This document shows positions 53,689 through 64,000 of a stretch of 64,000 bases of DNA, one piece after another. The position numbers were made by a program, and so were the translations under genes. How positions within the stretch are numbered: position 1 is the stretch's first letter; each line of letters opens with the position of its first letter. The notes under the pieces were generated by a model that was not told where the DNA came from, did not search any database, and saw nothing but the letters and a program-made list of their open reading frames with translations. The DNA is from Octopus sinensis (Eukaryota): positions 117,986,001 through 118,050,000 of the forward strand of contig NC_043000.1 of assembly GCF_006345805.1 (NCBI RefSeq). The letters run 5' to 3'.

Positions 53689-53987
53689 TGTGTGTATTTA
53701 TATATATATATGTATATATGTATGTATGTGTGCGCGCGCGCACGTGTAGAAGGTTGGAAAGGAACTCACGAGTTGATATGTATAAGGAAAATAAGACGCG
53801 GTAGAAAGTGCTGGAAATATTTTTAAAAAGCATTTCATTTAATTTTTCCACAATTTAATTGTTTTTCATGCTTTACTGTAAGTTGAAAAAGTCGCAAAGG
53901 CTGAAACCGGTACTAAAATGCTCTTCATGATGAAATTATTTTAGCATTTTCTACCTTTTCTTATATATATATATATATATATATACA

Positions 53988-54208
53988 CAGTAATCCCTCG
54001 ACCTTTGCAGGAGCTACGTTCCAAAAGCCCCGCGATAGATGAAAATCCGCAAAGTAAAAACACTACTGTACAATATATTTTAAAAATTATTTTTATAATT
54101 TGTATATATTTATTTTATTATAACCGCAAAACAACACCACGGAGAAATCGACGTAATCTTAAATAACAAACCGCGATAGTTGAACAGCGATATGGCGAGT
54201 GATTACTG
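53988..54208 (+). mobile_element. pogo/Tigger-like MITE
   Basis: TIR cagtaatccctcg / cgagtgattactg|ta. Confidence 0.88.
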
Positions 54209-54712
54209 TATACGTTACGCTGGAAAAAAAGTTTAAAACGTATTTTAAGGATGTCTCTCGCAATATATGAAACTTAAAAAGCAATGTGAATACGACTATT
54301 AATAGCAAAACTCACTAAAAAGGAAACAAAAACTAACTAATGAGCAGATGTAAAACCAACTTTATGGCGTATTTAACAACATATGAGGTCTTTCGTATTA
54401 ATAACCATGTCCTGGTCTTGACGTCGCTCGGCTGATTTATTGCCGTGTAGCTTCCTTACAGGAACTTCATTTTAATCATATGATATATCATTTAACTTTT
54501 TAATAATTACCTAGATCACTATTAGATCTGACTTATGCTCCCTGGCTATATGTACTGCAAGAAATATATGCGTGTATGCCTGTAAGTGTGTGTGTGCGTG
54601 TGTGTGTATATGTATGTATATATGTGTGTGTGTGTGTGTGTATTCTTTTACTCTTATTTCTTTATTCGTTCCAGTCATTTGACTGCAGCCATGCTGGAGC
54701 ACACACACTCAT

Positions 54713-54746
<34 letters not shown>

Positions 54747-54754
54747 ATACATAT

Positions 54755-54804
<50 letters not shown>

Positions 54805-54805
54805 A

Positions 54806-54837
<32 letters not shown>

Positions 54838-55045
54838 GTTAAGGTATGTAGAAAAATACAACATGGACAAGAACGTATAACTCAAGAAGACGATACAATA
54901 AACACGGACAGGACATTCGAAACCCTCAGTCTTCAGTCAAGAACCGGATCATCGTAGTAATTTCGGCTGATTAATCTTGAGATTACTATATATATATACA
55001 TATATATATATACATATATATATATACACATATATATATATACAC

Positions 55046-55130
<85 letters not shown>

Positions 55131-55144
55131 CATATATATATATA

Positions 55145-55190
<46 letters not shown>

Positions 55191-56313
55191 GGCATGCATA
55201 CATATATTTGCATACACGCATATATACATATATATACACGCATGCATATACATATATATTATACATATGTGTGTGTATCCCTCTCTCTCTGTCTTTTTCT
55301 GTATGTATGTATGTATGTATGTTGTATGTATGTATGTATGTATGTATGTATGTATGTACGTATGTATGTATGCATGTATGTATGCATGTATGTATGTACG
55401 TACGTAGGTATGTATGTATGTACGTACGTATGTATGTATGTAAATATGTGTGTATATGGATGTAAACAAAAACAGTATATTAATAATAATATGATATCTT
55501 ATAGCAAGCATTTAAACCGATATTAGTTATGAAATGACATCGGTTACAGCAATAATAGTTATAAAAGCAGGAAAGGGAGCAACAACACCAACAAATATAA
55601 TGAAAAGATCCATTAGTGTTTGTATTTCCCAGCAGACTAATTTTTACTGGTAAAACTAATGAGAGAAAAGAAACCAAGCGATTCGCTGAAATCTCTTTAA
55701 GTAATACACCATCAATTTTCTGCTTAATGAAAACGCCAAAAAAAACTGAAAGTGTATGGTTAATAGATACGGTGCAGATGACTGTTGGTCACGCACGATA
55801 TAAAAAATATGATTAGTTGACTTAAAATTTTCTTTACGCTCTCCAGAAAAGGCTTTCTCTGTTTAAAGAAAGTATAAACCGAGTATTACCTTACTGAGTG
55901 ATGTATTAGGATACGGACTAATGAAGCAGAGGAGAGAGAGATTAATGTCAGTCACGTAAGAGAAAAAGTGAAATGATCCAGTAGATGGATATAAACCGCA
56001 TGTTAAGCTCTTGAATAGTTTTTCATGAATATATTTTTTATTGGAGAGAAATAACAGAAATATACTGATGGAGGGAATTTTTATAGTTACAGAGTTATTG
56101 ACTGGTTACTTTTATCTTTCAGTATTTATCACGTCATCACAAATGTCTTCCTGGCAGAGTAATATAGTTTGGATCAAGATGATCGTGTAGGTTATCATCT
56201 TGATGTCCGTTGAGGTGAATAAACGTAAGAGACCTCTCCCGGCGTAGAGAGATTTAGACATAGGTCCTCGACTAAATATTTGTCCGCAGCAGTTTTACTA
56301 CAATTCTACGTAA

Positions 56314-56705
56314 TCTATATAAATAAAGCTGAAGTTGTCTGTGTGTGGCAGGTTTGGCAGCCTTCAACTAACACTATCTCCTCCGAGACCCTGCGGAGCA
56401 AGTTGACCAAAATTGAGAGTATGATAGAAGAAGGCTTACTCTTTATTCCGTAGAAGAAAAAATTCAAATCGGACCATGTTAACACCAAAAATTATTTACA
56501 TTAAAAAGGTGGGGGGTTTTTCTATGAAAATCCCTATTTTTTACGATGTTTCGACTGCTGTGTCGCCATTTTTCGGTGTATTTCAACCAGAAAAATGTTC
56601 ACTTGAAGAGAATAACAAGCTACTTAATGCAAAATTTATACTTTTCAAAAATTCCAATTCTAAAGGGTCAAAACAAACCCGAACAACGCCGGGCGATACT
56701 GCTAG
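56314..56705 (+). mobile_element. Non-autonomous Helitron
   Basis: A|TC start (tctatataaataaagc), 3' hairpin-like cccgaacaacgccggg, CTAG|T end, no TSD. Confidence 0.88.
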
Positions 56706-56873
56706 TTTTACTATAATTCAACAAGCAACATTACAAGTTAAGTAGAAACATGCTACAAGGCTAGAGGTCAGAGGTGAAATATTTAGAGGAAGAACTTCAG
56801 TCAAGCAAGTGTTTCGACCCATTTCTTCCTGACACTCTAAGAGAGCCGGGTACACTTAGGTAATGACTTCTAA

Positions 56874-57277
56874 GGCGTAGGAGTGGCTGTGGGGTAAGTA
56901 GCTTGCTTACCAACCACATGGTACTGGGTTCAGTCCCCCTGCGTGGCACCTTGGACAAGTGTCTTCTACTATAGCTTCGGGCCGACCAAAGCCTTGTGAG
57001 TGGATTTGGTAGACGGAAACTGAAAGAAGCCCGTCGTATATATGTATATATGTATGTGTGTATATGTTTGTGTGTCTGTGTTTGTCCCCCCCAATATCGC
57101 TTGACAACCAATGATGGTGTGTGTGTTTACGTCCCCGTAAATTAGTGGTTCGGCAAAAGAGACCGATAGAATAAGTACTAGACTTACAAAGAATAAGTCC
57201 TGGGGTCGATTTGCTCGACTAAAGGCGGTGCTCCAGCGTGGCCGCAGTCAAATGACTGAAACAAGTAAAGAGTAGAG
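56874..57277 (+). mobile_element. SINE B full-length reference copy (CORE-like)
   Basis: tRNA-like head with gggttcagtccc, CORE-like caccttggacaagtgtcttc, a central TA/TG microsatellite, and a tail ending gactgaaacaagtaaagagta. Confidence 0.92.
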
Positions 57278-58580
57278 TCTCTTGATACTTTCGAAGTGCT
57301 GTTTTAGTGGTGATTGAACTTGGGACTTTCTGATGATATTTTTTTCCCTGAATTGTGGTTTATATAACACTCGGCCCCAAAGACCACTGAAAATACTTGC
57401 ACTGTGCATCGATTTAAATGTTAAATGAGATTGGAAAAGATTTCAAATTAGAAATTAAACCCAATGAAAATATTTTCTTTCTGTCCCCGTAACTTAGCGG
57501 TTCTGCAAAAGAGACTGATAGAATAAATACAAGTCTTTTAACAAAATCTGGGGACCGCTCGTTCGACTAAACATTTGGAGGCAGTGCTTCAGCATGATCG
57601 TAGTCCAGAGACTGAAGCAAATAAAATTTAAACGAGAAAAGAGAAATAGAAAAGCAATGCTCTAGAATGGCCGTGACCGTGATGGCTAAGGCAACCAAAG
57701 CAATAAATAATGAATTCAAGTATATAACATTTCTATGATGATCCTATTTAATGGCTAACGAAATATAAATCATCACCAGTTTATGTAATGCCGCATAAAT
57801 TGTAAATTGATCTATACGTTTCGCCTGTCATTTTCTATTTTAGTTTCACTTCACTTGAAAATATATTTATTACAAGTTTCTATGAACGCAGTCCCTTTGT
57901 AGGTGTGGGGCCAAGCCCCTGCTGTTGTGGGGGATCTCAGAGTACTGAAAAGAGACGAAGACATTGCAAATAAAATTAAGATTGGTTTTAATCATTTTAC
58001 ACTTGTTAATCATGACGGTGAAGAAAAGAGGTTCTGGATACAAGCTCTATTCTGTATTTTCATTAATCAAGACGAGAATGTGGGTATTAGTATTTGGTGA
58101 CTGCTGATATTTGTCAGTTTTAGAATCACTTAATCAGTCCTCCAAAGCAGGGCCCAGCAACCACCAGCCAGGATCATTTAGTGCCGGGCCTCATAGAAAG
58201 AATGAATTTAAAAATTTTATTTATATTTTATTGACCATCGCAGTTTGCAGGGTGTTTTTGCATTACATATATGTTACATGTGTAATAATTAAATTATATA
58301 TTACGCAACTTATTGAATTTTGTTATGCGTTTGGTTTCCCGGTCTAAGGGGAAAATGTCTTGCGTGAAACCGTTCTGTGGGGATCACTACCGTAATGCGA
58401 AAAAAACACTTTGTTACTAGTCTGCATCAAGGAAATTATACATGTTTCGGTAACAGAGTAGTCTAGAAAGTTTAGCTGTGTGCGTACATATTAGTCACTC
58501 TTCTAACGTTGAGGAGAACTAACATGGTGAACTTTCAGGGCAGATTTGACAAACTGAATTATTCTTCCTTCCCACTACAA

Positions 58581-58930
58581 TATTTTTCTTTACTACCCAC
58601 AAGGGGCTAAACACATAGCGGATAAACAAGGACAGACAAAGGGATTAAGTCGATTACATCGACCCCAGGGCGAAACTGATACTTTATTTATCGACCTCGA
58701 AAGGTTGAAAGGCAAAGTCGACCTCGGCGGAATTTGAGCTCAGAACGTAACGACAGACGAAATACCTATTTCTTTACTACCCACAAGGGGCTAAACACAG
58801 AGGGGACAAACAAGGACAGACAAAGGGATTAAGTCGATTACATCGACCCCAGTGCGTAACTGGTACTTAATTTATCGACACCGAAATGATGAAAGGCAAA
58901 GTCAACCTCGGCGGAATTTGAACTCAGAAT
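58581..58930 (-). mobile_element. SINE A dimer, 5'-truncated
   Basis: Junction gaaatacc|tatttcttt at ~58767. Confidence 0.92.
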
Positions 58931-59332
58931 TAAATATAATTTTTCGAGAAATAAGACAACAAAATACAAATTTTTAACCTAACTCCCAGAAATGCGATAA
59001 CTGATCAACAGGCTACAACGAATAAGTAAATATACGTTACGTATTGGCTCGATTAACGTGAATATTTTTGCAGAGGTGCTTAATTGAAACGGTCTCAATT
59101 AGGAATGAAATCTTTGAATCAGCATCAGAATCTCGGTAATAAAATATCTAATCGAATAATTGAATCAAATATCTTGTATTCTCTTACTTAATTTATCAAT
59201 TCTTCATAAAAATTCTATAATGTTATTTATGTCGGTGACACATGCAGCTGGAGTCGACGAGGTATTAAACTCATCTAATCTTAATGAATTGATTCGGATC
59301 TGTAGAACGGGCAAATATTTTAATTAAGTATT

Positions 59333-60188
59333 AGCAGAGGCTTCGCTGTGTGGTGAGAAGTTTGCTTCCCAACCATATGGTTCTGAGTTCAGTCCCACTG
59401 CTTGGTACATCGGGCAAGTCTGTTCTACTGTAGCCTCGGATCAATCAAATCCGCATGAGTAGATTGGTAGATGAAAACTGAAATAATCCCGTCGTATATA
59501 TATATATATATATATTTATTGGGTTGTCCGGAAAGTTCATGCCGATTTATAGCAGCTTACATTTCGACTTATTTTAGAACATGGTTGAGTCCATAAAATA
59601 GGATTTGACTACACCTCCATTTAGAGCACAGTTTAAGCTATCTTTTCGTGGAAGAAGATTTATGTTCCTATAGCCTGTGTTAATTCTGTATCCCTTTAAA
59701 ATGAAAGATAAGAAAATTCATTTTCGGCACTTGATGCTTTGGAAACCAGACAAAAATTGCTGCAGCTGGGTTGGGATGTGTTACCCCACCTTCCATATTC
59801 ACCAGATATTGCTCCTTCGGATTTCCACTTATTTAGGTCTCTACAGAATAGTCTCAATGGCAAAAAATTCAATTCCTTGGATGACGTAAAAAGATGCCTT
59901 GATGAATTCTTTGCCATGAAACCACCTCAATTCTTGGAAGAGGGTATTTTCAAGCTAAAGGAACGATGGAGACGCATTGTGCAACAAAATGATTCCTATT
60001 TGGTTGATTAAAAATGTAATGGCAAGTATTTATTGACCTTTATCTTTCCTTTAAAAATCGATACTAACTTTTCGGACAACCCAATATAATTTTTAAAAAT
60101 AAATAATGAGGTCGATACATTTGACTAAAATTAAAAGGCGTTGCCCCAACATGGCCGCAGTCAAATGACTGAAACAAGGATAAAAGAT
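59333..60188 (+). mobile_element. SINE B split by a mariner insertion
   Basis: Head 59333-59495. The tail end resumes at ~60108. Confidence 0.7.
59519..60084 (+). mobile_element. mariner (DD34D) transposon, internally deleted
   Basis: TA-flanked TIRs ttgggttgtccggaaagtt / aacttttcggacaacccaa. The N-terminus MKDKKIHFRHLML is fused to LGWDVLPHLPYSPDIAPSDFHLFRSLQN...GIFKLKERWRRIV. Confidence 0.95.
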
Positions 60189-61195
60189 ATGTATGTATGC
60201 ATGTCTTTGTGTATCTATTTGTCCCCACCATCCCTTGAGAGTATCGGTTTGTTTTCGTCCCCGTAATTTAACAGTTCGGCAAAAGAGACCAATGGAATAA
60301 GTACTAGGCTTTAAAAACTGGGGCCGATATGTTAAGGCAGTGCTCCAGTTTCGCCGCAGATAAGTGACTAAAACACGTGAGAAGTAAAAAGCAAAAATGA
60401 AAAAAATATTTATGTTGCTGAGCTTTAACTCTCTAACTGAAGAATCTTATTCTGGATATACGAAAAGAAAGTTGAAAGGTATATTTAGACACTTATTTAG
60501 TTTAATGGAACAATATTCAAAGAAATCTTAAGAATTTCATTGTACCTTTCAACATCAGCTATCCGTATGATTAATCGCTCCACAAATCCCAATGGCAACA
60601 AATGTTACTTATAAAATATTTCCTTTAGCAGTATACGTGTATTTTAACTTGTCTATCAATAGCTGTATTATTAGTGTTTTCAAATATAGTAACATTCATC
60701 CATTTTCATTAATTTTAAAGTTTATTGATATTATGTGTCCCATAAAAAGCTGATAGTTTATCAAAAATTATAAGTGTCTTGGGACACAGCTGGAACGACA
60801 ATGGGTCTTGGTTATGAAACCTTACAATTACCCTTTTCACGTGTGCAGAGGTTGTTGTAGTAGCACTATTAGGGACGAAAGAGAGAATGAAAATAGTGAA
60901 ATTTTTTCCAATCACATGTCGTTGTTATGCTTGTGAACTTGGATTTTTCTGAATATAGTATGTATATAAGCATATATATTTACATGCTAGTAAGCTGAGA
61001 AACAATTGTAGTCGAATCTGGATATCCATTAGTAAAATAAATTTTACTCATCTTATACTTCATCTCTTTATTTATAAATTATCCACTCATAATGTTTTTC
61101 TATTGCATCAGACTATCCATTCTAGGGGATTCGTTGCCTGATACATACATACATACATACATACATACATACATACATACATACATACATACATA

Positions 61196-61448
61196 CACCT
61201 ATCGCGCACTCAATACATCGCGAATTTTTGTGGTTAATATATATGTAAATTTATATCGTGGACTCCTCAGTATGTCCCGATAGATATTTATATTTTTTAA
61301 ATTATTTCTATGATAAAATAAGCATTTTTACGCCTAAAAATAAATCAATAAATAAAAGTATACAGTGCAGAACTGTTTCTACTTCGCAGATATTCACTTA
61401 TTGTTGGGGGAGGGGGGTAACGGAATACCCAAGATAGACGAGGGATTA

Positions 61449-61451
<3 letters not shown>
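61196..61451 (-). mobile_element. pogo/Tigger-like MITE, one TIR lost
   Basis: cgagggattactg|ta end. Internal match to 14135-14370. Confidence 0.75.
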
Positions 61452-61496
<45 letters not shown>

Positions 61497-61711
61497 ATAT
61501 ATATATCTTGAAAGTCTTTGTAAAAATTACTTAATATAATTTGAATTATAAAGGGTTTTTTAATAATTATTTTTTTAACAAGTAGTAAAATCTTTTAACA
61601 GAATATCACTGACCTTTTTGGAAGAAGATTTTTCGTAGTGTGTGAGAGAGCTTTCCATTCATCTTTTCAAACACACGTGCCTCTTGGATATATATATATA
61701 ATATACGTTGC

Positions 61712-62043
61712 CGAGATCCCCTTCGGTCGTGACTGACCATGAGATTGCACCTAGGAAGTTACCCTCCCAGGGAGAAATCCGAGCAAGTTTGTTTTATGGA
61801 AGACCAGCAATCGCCCATGCATACCGGTCTCCCATCTCCACGCCACCAGTGTTATCCAAGAGAAAGGCAACAGCAGATACACAGATACAACCTGGCACCT
61901 GTAACGTCGCAACTTATTTCTACAGCTGAGTGAACTGGAGCAACGTGAAATAAAGTGTCTTGCTTAAGAACACAACACGCAGCCCGAACGTAACCTCACG
62001 ATCGTAAGCTCAACGCTCTAACCACTGAGCCATGCGCCTTCAC
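61712..62043 (-). mobile_element. SINE D
   Basis: Colinear with 30754-31096. Confidence 0.92.
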
Positions 62044-62053
62044 TACTCAATGG

Positions 62054-62093
<40 letters not shown>

Positions 62094-62149
62094 TTATATA
62101 TATATAATATATAAGTATATATATATAGATATATATATATATATATATA

Positions 62150-62475
62150 ATAAATATTAGGGAATAAATCCAAATTTACAGGGAAAAAAATCAGATTAGG
62201 AATTAATCGATTTTATAGTAAAATATTATAAAATATTATTCGAGACAAAACCACTATTTGCAAAACAAACAAGGAAAGACTTAATTAATACATAAAATTT
62301 TAATAAATAGTCAAAAAAACGCCACTACAATCGTTTCTTGTCTTGATCGACAATCTTCAGGTGGACTTCCAATAATTCAGTGTCAAGGCGGTTTTTTTGA
62401 CTATTTATTAAAATTTTATGTATTAATTAAGTCTTTCCTTGTTTGTTTTGCAAAATAGTGGTTTTGTCTCGAATA

Positions 62476-62485
<10 letters not shown>
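62150..62485 (-). mobile_element. Penelope-like terminal repeat with an inverted partial copy (arms 62227-62323 and 62387-62485)
   Basis: Near-perfect ~97-bp inverted repeat embedded in (TA)n, with a hammerhead motif in the spacer. Confidence 0.75.
62322..62364 (-). ncRNA. Minimal type I hammerhead ribozyme motif
   Basis: CCAC-CTGAAGA-TTGTC-gatcaa-GACAA-GAAAC-GATT-GTA-GTGG. All core nucleotides and stems I and II are intact. Confidence 0.8.
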
Positions 62486-62519
<34 letters not shown>

Positions 62520-62687
62520 GCTCTTGGGCAAAGTACTTCATTTCATATTGCTCCAGTCCGCTCAGCTGGCAAAAAGGAGGAATTCTGCGGCGGACTGGCA
62601 CCACATCCAGGCGGGGAATATATATGCCATGGATACTGGGAAACCGCACCTATGTGTCTATATGACTCGGGAAGGAAGTTTAATTTA

Positions 62688-63044
62688 CTCTTTTATTTGT
62701 TTCAGTCATGTGACTGTGGCCATGCTGGAGCACCGCCTTTAGTCGAGCAAATCGACCCCAGGACTTATTCTTTGTAAGCCTAATAGGCTAAGTTACGGGG
62801 ACGTAAACACACCAGCATCGATTGTCAAGCGATGTTGGGGGGACAAACACAGACGCACATACATATACACACACATGATATATATATATATACATATATA
62901 CGACGAGCTTCTTTCAGTTTCTGTCTACCAAATCCACTCGAGGCTATAGTAGAAGACACTTGCCCAAGGTGCCACGCAGTGGGACTGAACCCGGAACCAT
63001 GTGATTCGTAAGCAGTTTACTTACCACACGCCCACTCCAACGCC
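62688..63044 (-). mobile_element. SINE B near full-length
   Basis: Colinear with 56874-57277. Confidence 0.92.
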
Positions 63045-63692
63045 TTTGTATTTGTATTTTGTATAGTCTTTACTCTTTGGTTTAAACTTCGAACTTACTA
63101 ACCCGTCTCAGCTGAGTTTAATCTAGAAAGGATTGTCTCCTCTATGATATCTGTTCACTAGGGACATACCAGTTGTATCATAAATCGACTTATCTGGAAA
63201 TTTTCCAGATAATTTTTCAGAGAAAAAAGTAAATAGAAAAGATTGAAATGATAGATTTCAAGAGAAAAGTAAGTAGTTAGATAGTATTAGTTACACAGGG
63301 ATATTTATGAGAGAAAATAGAGAAACAAGATGCGTATTTTAATAACAAATACGCGGATTATAAAAACAAAAACTAAACAACAAAAAATATTTCATTATGA
63401 CATTTGGCAAATATCCATATCGCGGTTTCTAATCTTAGATTAGACAGTGAGATTCTGAGTAGTTAATGAGTAAATTTGCATTACTAAGAAAATATGCAGG
63501 AGATTACTAAGAATAGATGCAGCAGATTTCAAAATAAAATTGTTATATAATCATTCACGATTAACACCCACCAATGCAGGTGTTTAATGAACCCAGCAAT
63601 TAACTGGTGTCAAATGTAATCATAAAGATGTATATAATTTAGTGTAAACATAATATAAATTCGAGTCCATGGGTATCTTTTCATAGCATATG

Positions 63693-63724
<32 letters not shown>

Positions 63725-64000
63725 GATGGGAGAATGAATTATCCTATGTTTACCGTCTACATGGAAACATTGATGAACCGATACCAGGGTAGCAAATTCA
63801 CGTCAGAAACACGGTTGAAGTGACCTATCCAAAGGTAGAAACTCCGGGTTCATGTGCATAAATTTGTGTGTTATATATGAATAAATAAATAAATGGAGCT
63901 GAACAAAGATGTTAAAAAATTCCTTTACTTTCGACATATGTTTCGAAGACAACATGGTTTTATTACAAAGGAATAAACGTGTGTAAGATGCAATCTTATA

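Overview
AT-rich, very repeat-dense animal DNA, most likely intronic or intergenic sequence from a coleoid cephalopod (Octopus-like, judged only from the SINE and microsatellite content). No intact gene is present. Nearly all ORFs in the track are translations of (TA)n, (CA)n, (GATA)n, (CAT)n or (AAT)n repeats. The window is a patchwork of at least four tRNA-derived SINE families (labelled A-D here), decayed LINEs (RTE, CR1-group, L1/Tx1, Penelope-like), Tc1 and mariner remnants, pogo/Tigger-like and mariner-derived MITEs, and Helitrons. One 36-nt in-frame exon candidate was found. The most interesting signals are: (1) several minimal type I hammerhead-ribozyme motifs in Penelope-like tails, one of them in a tRNA-headed SINE-like element, and repeatedly associated with fold-back inverted repeats; (2) SINE family A, whose 3' tail matches the 3' end of an L1/Tx1-like LINE and which recurrently joins copies of itself at two fixed positions, including one locus with a triplicated target site; (3) a ~945-bp palindrome that may be real or an assembly artefact. 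All calls were made by eye and boundaries are approximate.
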